This document shows, piece after piece, positions 1 through 13,045 of a stretch of 32,836 nt of DNA; the first letter of the stretch is position 1; the number at the start of each line of letters is the position of its first letter. Location: contig NW_014577075.1 in the NCBI RefSeq assembly GCF_000485595.1, positions 486,345 through 519,180 of the forward strand. The letters are read 5' to 3'. The position numbers were made by a program, and so were the translations under genes. Source of the stretch: Priapulus caudatus (taxonomy: Eukaryota). A model generated the notes under the pieces. That model was given only the letters and a program-made list of their open reading frames with translations, was not told where the DNA came from and made no database searches.

Positions 1-473
1 TTTTGTGATGAATATGCATTTAAAATGGTTAGGGGGTATCTCAGCATAGATTTCAGTTATAAACTTTTATCTGTAGACTTGTGTTTATAATTAGGAGAGC
101 GCCCTAGCATGTAGCTTACAAAACACTTACTTTATGCCCTCGCGTCCTTCCCCTTGCGTCCCCTGTCCCTCGCTCAGGCTCCTTCTTCTTCTACCGCCCC
201 CAGCTATTTTTCCTGTAGTCTTTCCTCAGTCTCCCATACCCTCTCTCCCTCAGCGAGAGCTATATTATGACGTTTCCCTCAGACGGCACTTCACGCCTAA
301 CACGGTGCGCGCGCATGCGCAATATCTCCCGAGAGAAATCGTATTTTCCAAAGATTATGCATTTAAAATAAAGAGGAGTTATTCTAGCATAGATTTATAT
401 AATAACATATTATATGTAGACATCATTTAAGAAATAGGAGGAAGAACTTGCGTGTAAGGTGCCGGCTGCGTAT
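1..473. repeat. Partial unit of the ~541-bp satellite
   Basis: Colinear with ~16388-16859 and ~17165-17635. Confidence 0.9.
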
Positions 474-1273
474 GCAGGCAACAGATATCCACATCCAGGT
501 GTGGCCTTAAGCCACTGGGGGCCTAGGGCCCCGCTTGCGCAATAATACACTGTGCAAGTGATGCAGCCAATTTTTCTTTTCTGGATGCGGTATAGCTTAC
601 AACTAAGGCTTACCACACACTACTATATAGAAGGCCTTAGGCCCCGTTCATACACAATACTGTATATGTGGCCTTTGTGGGCCGCCAGCATACACTATAC
701 TCCAAATTATATAGATGGCATTAGGCCACCGTCATATACAATACTATATATGTGGCCTTGGGCCCCCATCATACACTATTATTACAATTCTATATATGTT
801 GCATTAGGCCCCCGTCAAACAAATACTATATATGTGGCCTTGGGCCCCCAACATACACTATTCTATTATTACAATACTATATAGGTGGCCTTAGGCCCCC
901 GTCATACAAATTCTATATATGTGGCCTTGGGCCCCCATAATACACTATTATTACAATTCTATATAAGTGGGCTTAGGCCCCCGTCATACAAATATAACGC
1001 CGGCAACACTATAACGTGCTACTAATAACTTACCGAGTGCTGCACTGACGCTTGTCTTGTTTTTTCTTATTTAATGCTATATCTATGCCTATGGGTAATA
1101 CAATCGGCATAGACTATGGTAACTTGTTTTAGCATTACTAAAATACGTAAACAAAAAGAACTATTTTCGTTGCGGAAGGGTTATTGTCGGAGTGAGCTGA
1201 CGGGGGCGGGAGGCCACCGGCGGGGGACGAGGAGGCCTAAAGCCACACTTAGATGTGGATATCTGTCGCCTGC
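474..1273. mobile_element. Non-autonomous TIR DNA element, copy 1 (MULE-like by 9-bp TSD and G...C ends)
   Basis: ~40-bp imperfect TIRs GCAGGCAACAGATATCCACATCCAGGTGTGGCC... / ...GCCACACTTAGATGTGGATATCTGTCGCCTGC; internal minisatellite; second copy at 15436-16308; no transposase ORF. Confidence 0.8.
615..990. repeat. ~82-bp dimeric minisatellite inside TIR element copy 1
   Basis: Nine GGCCTT(A/G)GGCC-type subunits (~4.5 units). Confidence 0.85.
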
Positions 1274-1418
1274 CGAATATCCACGTGTCATGTATATCAC
1301 TGTTCGATACATATCACAATAGGAACTATCTCTAGTCTGTCGAATAGCGATATATCTAAAAGAAGCACGTATTCGACATTGCTCACAGCACAGATGGTCA
1401 ATATGGATGGCGGATTAC

Positions 1419-1532
1419 CATTTTCCATTGCGGCTTGATATGATTCAGTGCCAACACAGAGGCGTACGTCGCAAAGCCTTCATTGAGCCATAGATCGTCC
1501 CACCATGCCATGCTGACGATGTTACCGAACCA
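1419..1532 (-). CDS. Aminopeptidase N-like exon 6 (third zinc ligand, NEGFA)
   Basis: Manually translated [38 protein letters not shown]; completes HEXXH(X18)E; CAG acceptor, GTAATC donor, 114 nt, phase 0/0. Confidence 0.95.
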
Positions 1533-1893
1533 CTGCAGCATAATGTCATCACGTCAGACAACCGTCACTAATACTGCATCAGTAGCGTATATATATAAAC
1601 GAAGGTACAGGAAAACAAACGATTCACAGACAGCTGTGCATGCAAAGCTTTATAATTTACTATGCGGCCCAAGTTTATAACCAAAAAATTACTGCTTAGT
1701 CCCTTGTTTATTTTCAAATCGATTACTCGAACAAAACATGGGTGGACTAATCTATCATGAACAATACTACAATACTGATACGAATTATAAAGACAAAGAA
1801 GTTTATATAGTAAATGAAATCGATAGCAAACTCCTGCGTACGTGTCATTAAAAGAAGATCTCATCCAAAAATTTCGTTTGAAAATATTACCAT

Positions 1894-1896
<3 letters not shown>

Positions 1897-1927
<31 letters not shown>
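1897..1927. repeat. (AT)n microsatellite in aminopeptidase intron 5
   Basis: Direct inspection. Confidence 0.95.
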
Positions 1928-1930
<3 letters not shown>

Positions 1931-1948
1931 GTACACGGTACCACGTAC

Positions 1949-2100
1949 CTGGTGCGACACTTCGTGCGCTATTACGACTGAGCCGCTGAGCAAACGGCTG
2001 ACAGGTGTCTTGATGGGATCGACTGTGATGGTCGTGGGATCGTAGACGATAGCGCCCCAGTTCTCCATATTCGCGCCAAAATTTGGCACACTTACGCTGT
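1949..2100 (-). CDS. Aminopeptidase N-like exon 5 (exopeptidase motif and HEXXH)
   Basis: (D)SVSVPNFGANMENWGAIVYDP...VVIAHEVSHQ; CAG acceptor, GT donor, 152 nt, phase 1/0, compatible with exons 4 and 6. Confidence 0.93.
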
Positions 2101-2950
2101 CTGGAAACACGCGGCACAAGTTCTGACCGATCGTTTGGCACGCCGTGGGCATGTCTGCTCTTTTGACTTTGAACTAACTGCACGATGCCGCCCTTACATT
2201 ATTAACGTCGAAGAAACATATAATATATAAGGTTGTGATAGCGCGTCATTGTTAGATTAGAATTTGCATATAGCGTTGATACAGCTCAGGTACTAATTAA
2301 CAGTAATTAGTGTAATTTAAGAAATGGTGTGGATTTAATTAAAACTATAGCGTAAAAATCATTACCCTGTAGTATTATTATAGGTTCATAACTGTAGGCG
2401 CAGATACGCATACACGTAACAAGAAAAGACAGGCCAGAAAAACTGATGCGCGTTGATGACATAATAGCGTTGCAATGTAAGGAAATAATAAACTATTTTT
2501 ATCAGAAAATTATTGACTCGATTTAATCCACAGTAACTACAGCTACATATATCTCTGCTGGTACCATCATAACTGCTACAATTGCTAGCATTGCGGTCGG
2601 TTAGCGTTACTACCAATTGGTTCGTCAAAACCATGAGCGGCTATACGCAAGCAGAATTACTACATGACGTTAGATAGTTTACGGTTCGTGTGATTATCAG
2701 GAACCACACCGATTCATGGCAAACAGCAATTTACACATAGATGAACGGAACCGACATGCGCTGAACATATGTATGTTGAATAAGCACCTACTATTTCACA
2801 TACGAGAAGATCTTTATTGTCGAATAGAATACCTGGAAGAAACGCGCATCGCGTTTGACACACTGCTATATACATAAATATAAGAAATCTCCTACTAAAT
2901 TATCACACCTATGACGCATCGTCCCAGCGACTTACATAATGAATACGCAC

Positions 2951-3071
2951 CTAGTTTTATCAGTGGCTGCTTTATATCAAAGTATGCCTCAAAGAAGATG
3001 AGACTCTGGCGAGTCAGGTTTAGAAGATATCCTGTATCGTTGGCATTCTGCGCTGAGACAAAAGCTCCGAT
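2951..3071 (-). CDS. Aminopeptidase N-like exon 4
   Basis: Manually translated IGAFVSAQNANDTGYLLNLTRQSLIFFEAYFDIKQPLIKL(D), matching the M1 pattern FFExYFxxxYPLPKxD; TAG acceptor, GT donor, 121 nt, phase 0/1. Confidence 0.88.
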
Positions 3072-3210
3072 CTATTAACATAAATGATGACATGTTGTTA
3101 AGACAGCTGCACGATACGATCTGTGATATGCCACGAATATTAGAAATGTCTTAAAAATGTATCGCGAAGACGCGAACGCACACACACACACACACACACG
3201 CACACACGCA

Positions 3211-4172
3211 CAAACCGGTAAGCCCTATTCCTCGCCGTTTGCCGAACGCGGAAACGGGTGAGCGCCGACAACATTCTTCTACACCGTATACCGTCTTATG
3301 GGGGCGCGATGAGAGTAGACCGATCGTCGACGGAAGATTCGCAGCTTAGATGAGAATATACGAGAGTTGTTGGTTGCCAATGAACTGATGCTCGCGGTAC
3401 ATGCTCGGCTGTAACGGTCCAGTAAATCTAAGTACCATCTCATTTGATTACCAGCTTGCCTCAATGAGCTTACGGCAAATACGTCTTGTCATGCTACTAT
3501 AAACCCGTGAATCATCTCATAGCAAATTGACGCAGTCCCAAGCGTCTCCCGTGTCGTGGCACCACGCTTATTACTTTCACACATTGCACACCCACACGCA
3601 CACGCCACAACGCACACGCACCCACACGCACACGCACCACGCCACACGCACACGCACGCACACGACACGCACACGCCACGCACACGCACCCGGCACACGC
3701 ACACGCACACGCGCACGCGCCTGCAACACACCCACCACACACACACACACTACACACACACACACACACCCACAACCTACACACCACACACCCACACACA
3801 CACACACACCCACAACACACGACCAGCACGCACGCAGCACACCGCAGCACACACACACACATCGCACCCACACCACACACACACACATTCCAAACACGTA
3901 GGGCACACGCACGGCCAACCACGCGACGCCAATGCACGCACACACGCACGCACACATGCACGCACACCACGCACGCACACATGCACGCACACATGCACGC
4001 GCGCACGCAAGCACACGCCGCAAAGGTTATCGTGTACCACCACGTCTTTCAAGCGCGGCGAGTTTATGGCTGCAATTAAGAATACGAATTAGGTAGTGGT
4101 GCTGTATATTTCACCACAGATCCGCTGGCAGATCATATAGATAAAGCGACTCTAAGCTGCCAATTTCATATA
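3211..4172. repeat. Third copy of the ~1-kb upstream block (cf. ~12165-13190 and ~20080-21150)
   Basis: Shared anchors CGGTAAGC..TATTCCTCG, CGGTCCAGTAAATCT, CCACGTCTTTCAAGCGCGG and GACTCTAAGCTGCCA; abuts the N gap. Confidence 0.8.
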
Positions 4173-4197
4173 NNNNNNNNNNNNNNNNNNNNNNNNN
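4173..4197. other. Assembly gap (25 N)
   Basis: Run of N. Confidence 1.
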
Positions 4198-4555
4198 ACG
4201 ACACACACACACACGCGACGCACGAACTACCACACACACACACACACACAGCACACGTTACACATACACACACACACAAACAGTATACACACACACAACG
4301 CACCGCACGCCACACCACACACACACACACGCACACACAGCACACAATGCCATACACACCACAGCACACAACGCACACACACACATACACACACGCCACA
4401 GCACGCACACACACAACACGCCACCACGCCCATCAGCACCACACACACATACACATACAGCAACACACACCAAACACCACGATACACACACACACGCACG
4501 CACGCACACACACACACACACGCCACGCACGCCACACCACACACATGCACATACA

Positions 4556-4586
<31 letters not shown>

Positions 4587-6030
4587 CACACCACACCACA
4601 AAACACATACACACACATATCATACACACACACGCACGCACTCACGCACGCGACGCAGCGCACACAAACACACGACAGAACACAACACACCACACACACC
4701 ACACATACGACACATACACACACGGCACGCACGGCACGCCACGCACACACGCACGCACGCTACGCACACACACAGCACACATATTACACATACACACACG
4801 CAACACGCACGGCCGACGCACGCACGCACGCACCAGCACAACGAACCACACACACACCACACGCACAACACACACACACATACACACACAGCACACAACA
4901 CATCAGCCAACACAACACACACACACACTCACGCAACACCCACACACTCACGCTACCACACTCAACACACACACTCACACACACACATCACACACTCACA
5001 CACACACTCACACACACCACACAGCACACCACCACGCACCACACTCACGCACACACTCACACACACACACACACACAACACACCACACTCACAGCCACAC
5101 ACACACAAACACACACACACACACCACCACACACCGCGCACACACACATACACCAACAAGCACACACAATTCACACAATGTACACACACAACACACACAC
5201 GACACAACAGCACCAGTCACTCACCACAACCCACACTACACACACATACACACACATACACGACACGTACACACCACACGCACACACACATGACGCACAC
5301 GCACACACACACACAAACATACACATACACATACACACACATACACACACACCGCGCGCACGACACAACGACGCGCCAGCGCCACACGCACACACAACAC
5401 ACACACACACACACATGACACATACACATACTAGCACACATACACACACACGACACACGCACACGCACACACAGCACACACATACAGCATACACATTACA
5501 ACAACATCACACACACGGCACACAGCACAGCATACAACACTACGCGAACGCACGCACACACACACACGCACCGACGCACACACACATACGCACGCACACA
5601 CACATACACATACACACACACACACACGCACGACGCACACACACACACACACACACGACACACATACGCACACATACACACACCACACACACACCGACAC
5701 ATATGGCACACACACACACACATTGTATTGTACACGCATATACCCACAGCCACACACATATTATAATATACATACATATATACAGCATTTAACTATATAT
5801 ATAGTAGAGTATATATATACACACACACACACACACGCACGGCACACGCACACGCACACACACACACGCACGCACACAGCGCACACACACACACTCACGC
5901 ACACACAACACACACACAGCGCACACACACAGCATACACACACGTTGACCACACATTACACACACACCACACAGCACACACACACACACAGCACGACACG
6001 CACACGCCTACACACACACACACACGATAC

Positions 6031-6067
<37 letters not shown>

Positions 6068-6168
6068 ACACACACACACGACCCACATGCTATCGTACAA
6101 CGGCGATACACGCGCGCACCGCACAGCACATATTTATGATATACTATATTATAGATATATATATATAT

Positions 6169-6216
<48 letters not shown>

Positions 6217-6420
6217 CACACACACACACACACACACATTATGCCTACACCGCATACACACACACTCACACCACATAATTTATATATACACACATATATA
6301 CAGCATATATAATAGATATAGATTATATAATATCATTATATATATTACGAACACGCAACACACCACACCACGCAGCAACTGATGTATGTTACGACGGGAA
6401 TACACGCACACCCACACACA
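4198..6420. repeat. Degenerate (CA)n/(CACG)n microsatellite tract
   Basis: Direct inspection. Confidence 0.95.
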
Positions 6421-6529
6421 TATTTATATATACACCACGATATAATAGATATAGATATATATATAATATATATATATATATATAATATCAGTATATATAC
6501 AGCATATATACAACATTAACCACAGAAGA

Positions 6530-8001
6530 GTAGTCACACGGTGATGGCAGAGCGTCGCCACTGGTGATGGCAGGGTAGGTACATGCGTGCGTGACAGTGT
6601 AGTCCACACGGTGATGGCAGGTATGGACATGGTGGTGACAGTGTAGGTCACATTGGTGGTGCAGGTAGCGTGGTAATGGTGCAGGTCCGACAATTAGGTC
6701 ACATGTGTGGCAGTAGGGATATCATGATTGTCAGGTAGGGGTCACCGATGGGTGAGGACAGTAGGTCACACGTGGGACAGGTAGTAGGTCCACCACGATG
6801 GTGGCAGGTAGGTCACACTGCGGGCAGGCTTTAGGGACATGGTGCCGTGGCAGTACTTGGTGACAGGATGGATGGCAGGTAGGTGACATGGTGGTGACAT
6901 GAGTCACACCGTGATGGCAGGTAGGTCACACCGATGGTGACAGTAGTCACACGGTTGGCAGGTAGGTCCACACGGTGCGATGGCCAGTAGTGACATGTGG
7001 TGACATGTAGGTCACACGTAGTGGCAGCGTAGCCACACCATGGTGTGCTGCAGGTAAGGTGTGACATGAAGATGCATGTAGGTCACATGGGGGTGCAGGT
7101 TAAGTGCACACAGGGTGGCAGGTAGGTGGACATGTGGCAGTAGGTCACATGTAGTGGCAGTAGTCACATGTCGGGTGGCAGCGGTAGGTGACAAGTGATG
7201 GATGGCAGGTAGCACATGGCTGATTGGACAGGTAGGTCGACACGGTGGGCTGGGGTAGCAGGTAGGTGCACACGTGGTGGCAGGTAGGTCACACGGTGGG
7301 TGCAGTAGCTGAAATGTAAGGATGGCTATTAGTCAGCATGGGTGGTGGCAACAGAGGTAGGTCACATGGGGTAGCCAGTAGGTCACACGGTGATGGCAGA
7401 GGTGACATCATGATGGCATGTACGTCAGCATTCGGTTGTGGCAGGTAGTTCACATGGTGGTGGCAGTAGGTGACATGGTGGATGGCAGCTACGGTCACAT
7501 GTGGCAGGTAGCGTCACATGGTGGTGCAGGTAGCACAATTGTGGTGTTCGCAGGTAGGTGACATGGTGATGGCCAGGGAGGTCACAGGTGGTGGCAGGTA
7601 GAGTCACATGGCTGTGTGCAGGTAGGTCACATGGTGCAGCGTAGTCACATGGGTGGTGGCAGGTAGGGTCACATGGTGGTGGCAGGTAAGGTCACATTTG
7701 GTGTGCAGGTTAGCGTCACATGGTCGGTGGCAGTAGGTCACATGGTGATGACAGGTAGGTTCACATTGGTGGCCAGGTAGGTCACAGGTGATGCAGTAAG
7801 CGTCACATGGTTGGGGCAGGTTAGGTCACCAGGCGTGATGACAGGTAGGTCACGATGGTGTGGCATGGGTAGGTCACATCGGTTGGGCGATGTTAGGTCA
7901 CACGGTGGTGGCAGTGTAGGTTGACATGGTGATGGCAGGTATGGTCACATGGGTCGTGGGGCAGGTAGCGTTCACGATGGTGATGGCAGGTTAAGGTCAC
8001 C
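6530..8001. repeat. ~22-bp minisatellite GGTGGTGGCAGGTAGGTCACAT
   Basis: Recurrent GGCAGGTAGGTCACA core with noisy indels. Confidence 0.9.
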
Positions 8002-8204
8002 AGCTGCTATTAGCATGCGCTGCTCGCGCGCCCCACCGAACAGATGGCCTAACCCTCGAAAATGTCCGTATGTCTCACGGCGGACATCACTATTATGCGA
8101 CAAGGTGACGTAAACGTAGTCAAAAATACTCCGACGTAGACTAGAATACGTCGGCATCTTAAACGTCGCGTTTGTTAGTAATCAGCTTCGCCAGTCCTCC
8201 GTAC

Positions 8205-8400
8205 CTGGTAGGAAGATTATGGTGCTCAATGGCTAAGGATCAAGGACCCGTGGTCGCGGCACGAAAGTCAACGCAGTGCACACGCTAGTCATAAAAGATG
8301 GATTGATGCCCAAGGTTGGCTCAACAGCCAATACCGAATATTTCTGTCAAGCTGTGAGATTTTGGGCTGTTTGCATCATCCACCGTCACCATCGCCTCGC
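8205..8400 (-). pseudogene. Putative aminopeptidase exon 3, frameshift-ridden (probably noisy sequence)
   Basis: Only unique island between exon 2' and exon 4; fragments resembling GW..., S-x-H/Y-LL and VDF of the MSTYLLAFVVxDF region; ends CAG|GTAC. No continuous frame; 5' boundary approximate. Confidence 0.35.
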
Positions 8401-8454
8401 GGACGAGACCATGGAGTGAGAGGCTTTAGCGTAGACTGCCTTAAAAGGTTGTGC

Positions 8455-9555
8455 ATGGATGGAATGCGTGAAAGGACGGATAGATGGAATTGGATGCATG
8501 GATGAGCTGGCATAACATGGATGGATGATGGATGATGGAAGGGAGGATTAGATGGTTATGCCGTATGCGATGGAATAGCTGGCGGATAAATGGGATGGCA
8601 TGGATGATGGATGAAGGGACGGCATAGATGGATGATGATGGACTAGCGTGGATAAATGGTATGGATGGATGGTATGATGGATGGAGATGGAATGGATGGA
8701 GGCCAATGGATGGTTTATTGATGGATGTGATAGGATAGCATGGCGATGGATGTAGATAGATGAATGCAATGGATGGTATGGATAATGTGATGAATGAATG
8801 TACATAGATAGCGATGGCATGGATGGCAGGATGGTGATGGATGATATATGATGGAGGAGGAGGATGATGGATGGTGGATTGGAATGGATGATGACTGGCA
8901 TGGAGGATGAATGCAATGAATGCAATGCGAGGATGGATGGCTATGGAAGGAGGGATGGAGGGATGAGGCTTGGATGATGGATGGATAGATGATGGATGGA
9001 TGCTGATGCATGATGGTATGGATGGATGGAGGATGGTATGGATGAAGAGGAATGGATAAGAGCATGGTATGAATGGATGATGAATGATGGATGTGAAGGA
9101 TAGGATGAATGGAATGGCATGGATGGATAGGAAGAATTGATAGATGGATGGCATGGATAAATGATGGATAGATGGATAGAGGATAGAAGGATGAGATGGG
9201 ATAGATGGAATGGATGGATAGATGCATGAATGATGGATGCGGATGATACGATGATAGGATGCGATAGATGGATAGGATGATAAATGGATGCATGATGATG
9301 GAGGCATGGTGGAGGTGCAGTGGATGAGGATGGATGGTGGATGGGATGGATGGATGTCAGGATGGATGGATGGTATGGCAATATGGAGCGATGGATGATG
9401 AAATGGAATGGAGGGCATGGAGGGGATGGATGGATGGGCATGATGGATGGATGGAGCATGGCATTGCATGCATTGCATTCATGCATACATGCATGGATAG
9501 ATCGGATGAATGCGCAGATGAATGCAGAGAAAAATTAGTGTGAAATGGATGGATG
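8455..9555. repeat. Degenerate (GGAT)n tract
   Basis: Direct inspection. Confidence 0.95.
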
Positions 9556-9699
9556 AATCGAATAAGGTAGAAGGTCGCGTGGGGCAAGGTGGATAGTTGC
9601 GGATAGAGAAGTAGAAAAGAGAATAGTCGGCAGATCTGTATATCAGGGGTGTGATGACAGGGTAGTTTTGCGGGGACGGGAGGAGGGGCGCCGGTTCAC

Positions 9700-9893
9700 C
9701 TGCTGTCTGATTTTCTCCTTTTTTAGAATTTCATAGTGGAAAAGACCAGTATGTTATGGGGGGGGCGGAGTACGAGTGAACGATAGGCAGAAATGAATGC
9801 TGGCGAATCATCCGCTGCGGTTCATCCATACATGGGAAAGGCCTGGCGGGCGTTCCACAGGGCCGTCCATTCTGACCGCGTCGCCACGCCGAC
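9700..9893 (-). pseudogene. Degraded duplicate of aminopeptidase exon 2
   Basis: Retains FPCMDEP coding sequence identical to exon 2; flanks are insertion-rich; boundaries approximate. Confidence 0.8.
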
Positions 9894-10704
9894 CGTGCAA
9901 GTGCACAGCGTAAAGAATAGGGCAAAGTAAACTGCGAAACTTATTGCGTATGGTTGAAGGAGATTGATAAACTCAACCAACTGTCAACTTGGTTACAGAC
10001 AATAAATTATAACATTCCAGAGAATAGAATGTCTACGCCCTGTCCACTCGTGCTCTAGCGACGGGCTGAGGCACTTCTAGTTTCTTACGGTCTCAACGGA
10101 CGGTTTTATTGACGATTGATACGGAAACGTAGTACAAGCGTACCCCACCCAGGATCTTCATAGATCTTATTCCAGTGTTAGAGGAATCGCCTCATAGTAT
10201 CACTCCCGCTATCGACGATTGCACGCACCCTCTTGCGCGGGTTGCCCTACACGTGTAAAGCGAACACGTAGCTCCTTAATCTCTCTTGCATAGTCTGCCC
10301 ACCATCTTCTTCACATGTCGTGACTCAGTTAAAGATTGGAGGTTGTGTATGTTTCCTTTGAAATGCGAAGCTCATTGAGAAGGCCGAGAGAGGGGGGCGT
10401 GGAGTAGAAATCAGAAGTGCGGGTTTTTCAGTGGCTATCTTTGTGTGCAGGCGCCGACCTCTAAGACACTCTCGCACGTTACTCGGCGATGCGCAAACAA
10501 AACGCTGCGAAACCACACACTGTCCCTCTATCGCAGAGAGTTGATTTCATAATTGCATCGTGGAAATAGCCTTTCTCAGTTTCGGTTTTCTATTTCGCTT
10601 GGGTACAACTCCAATGCGTGACGAAGGCAGAATTAAAACTATATAAGACGGACTACGGTCTAATTCGCCGTAAGCATCTTACCGTTGACGCGTTTTTTTG
10701 TTAC

Positions 10705-11559
10705 CTTAAGTGACCTGAACTCTCAGTTCTTGTTACCTTGCTCCGGTATGAAGCCTGCTTCGGCGTTTCCTTCAGAATTCACGGCGAAATCGTACGTACA
10801 GTCTCAGGTTTCGGCTGCCTCCGTCCAGGTTCGGCGTCGCGAGTGTTGATGATAGGAAACTCCTGCTCTTGTGTGCGACGTCTGCAGAACGACAGCAGCG
10901 CCGCGGCGTCACGCGTTGCTGTCCCGACGCGATTCGAACAGCGTCGAGCGGTCGCTCCGTTTATCGTCAGTCAGCGCCGCTTGGCTGCAGCGTGAGTTGT
11001 GAGCCTGGTTTGTCGCGGCAGTGTGTAACGACAGTCGCAGGCCTTGCCGACAAAGCGAAACGTCCGTCGTTCAGATACGGCTGCCAAGCTCGATCTCGTA
11101 GCTCGTTGGAAACATGTGCGTTCGGAAAGCCGCGCGGCGACTGACGAATTCGATTTACCCTTCGCGCTCCTCCTTCGGGTTCGCGTTCCGGCGTTTCCGC
11201 GTTCCGGTTCCGCTTCCGGCTGGCCACTATCCAGGCGCCTTTCCTCTTCCGGTTTTCTGCGCGGCCCCGCGTTGGCGGCTTCCCCTTTCCCTGCCACGGC
11301 GCCGTGCGCGGCGCGCCGATCGCGGTGCTGCCGGACGCCTGGCGTTGCGGAGGTCGCGGACGGGTGTGGCGACGATTGAGACCGAGCGGCCGGGGGGGGA
11401 CGACGACGCGGCCGGAGCAGACGACAGTAGGTCGTGACGTATGAGGATGTGACGGCTGTCAGTGCAAAGCAGCCGCCTCGGTCGACTGAGAATCGCCCCC
11501 GAACATGCAGCTCGCATTCCTTGCTGACGGGAGAATGCTTCCGAATACCGTCCGTACAT
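10705..11559 (-). pseudogene. Degraded duplicate of aminopeptidase exon 1
   Basis: Colinear with 18749-19500 but 855 vs 752 nt, with many 1-2 nt insertions and no open frame; likely an uncorrected long-read copy rather than a true pseudogene. Confidence 0.8.
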
Positions 11560-11634
11560 GGTCGCGGTGCGTGACTGCCTAGATTAGTATCTCCATATAG
11601 GATCGGGCTTTACGTCTAGCTATAGAGTATTTCT

Positions 11635-11950
11635 TTACTCTCGCGCCCTGTCTTCTTCACGCGCGCGCGCGCTTCTCTCTCTCGTCTCGTCTCTCTCTCC
11701 TCTCTCTCGGTCTCTCTCTCTCTGTCTCTCGCCTCGCTCTCTGCTCTCGCTCGCTCTCTGTCTCTTCTCTGCTCTCTCCCTCTCGCTCGCTGCTTCTCTC
11801 TCGACTCCTCTCTCTCTCTCTCTCTGCTTCCGTCTCATCTCTCTCTCTCTTGGTGCGGTGGCTCGCCCTCGCTCTCTGTCGTCTCGCTTCGCTTCTCGTC
11901 TCTCGCTCGCTCTCTGTCCATCTCGCGGTCTCTCCTCTCGCGTGCTCTCT
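11635..11950. repeat. Degenerate (CT)n tract
   Basis: Direct inspection; counterpart at 19590-19900. Confidence 0.9.
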
Positions 11951-12557
11951 AGGTGTCGCTTGGGTCCCGTAATCTCTGCTCACTACTGTCCGTTTTCTCA
12001 TAGTATTCCGATTCTTCTGCCTCTGTTTTTATCGCATGTGCTCACATAAACACAAGCATACTACCTATTACGAGTCAACACCGCATAAATATGACCAGAA
12101 GCTTTATCACAGCGGCGGAGACCGGACCGAATTAAGGCGTGATATGCCGATACCAGATGAGGAAGCACGCGGTAAGCTATTCCTCGCCGTGACCGGAACG
12201 GGTGAAGGCCGACAAGCATTCTGTCTCACCCGTATACGTTATGGGTGACGCCGATGTGAGTAAAGAACGAGAATCCGTTCCGACGAAAGATTCGCTAGCT
12301 TAGATGCAAGAACCTATACGGAGAGTTGTTGGTTGCAATGAAACTGTGATGCCTCGCGTACATGCTAAAAGCTGTAACGGTCCAGTAAATCTAGTACCCA
12401 TCTCGTTGATTACGGCTTGCCTCATAGCCTTACGCAAATACGTTTGTCATGCATACTTATAACACGTGAATCATCTCGATAGCGAAAATTTCGACGCAGT
12501 CCCAAGCGTCTGCTGGCCGTTGGCGGGCCACCAACGCGGGGGGGGCATATGATTACT

Positions 12558-13045
12558 TCACACATGCCACACGCACACGCACACGCACGAACGCACACGC
12601 CACACGCACCACCGCAACGCACACGACAACGCACACCAACACGCACACGCAGTCACGCACACGGCATCACGCACACGCACAGGTTTACGCACACGCACAG
12701 GCGCGCACGCGCAATGCACACACACACACACACACACCACCACACACACACACAGCACACCCACACACACACCACACCACACACACACACCACGACACGA
12801 CACACACACGACGACACACAATCACACACGCAGCACCGCAGCGCACGGACACCACACACAGCACACACCAATGCACACTACACACGACACACAGCAACAT
12901 TTCCAAACGACGTCACGGCAGCACGCCACGCACACACGCACTGCACACATGCACGCCACATCACGCGTACGCACACCACTGCACTCGCACACCAACGCAC
13001 GGCACAGGGATGCACGCACACATGCACTCAAGCACGCAAGCACGA
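12558..13045. repeat. Degenerate (CA)/(CACG) tract
   Basis: Direct inspection; counterparts at 3580-4020 and 20515-20995. Confidence 0.9.

Noticed and set aside
1568..2152. 194-aa ORF as a single-exon protein (also 25529-26230)
   Set aside because: Only the internal exon portions are homologous; the rest is intron read-through including microsatellite.
4347..5792. 481-aa His/Thr-rich ORF and the many Cys/Val-rich ORFs
   Set aside because: Translations of degenerate (CA)n microsatellite; no splice or domain support.
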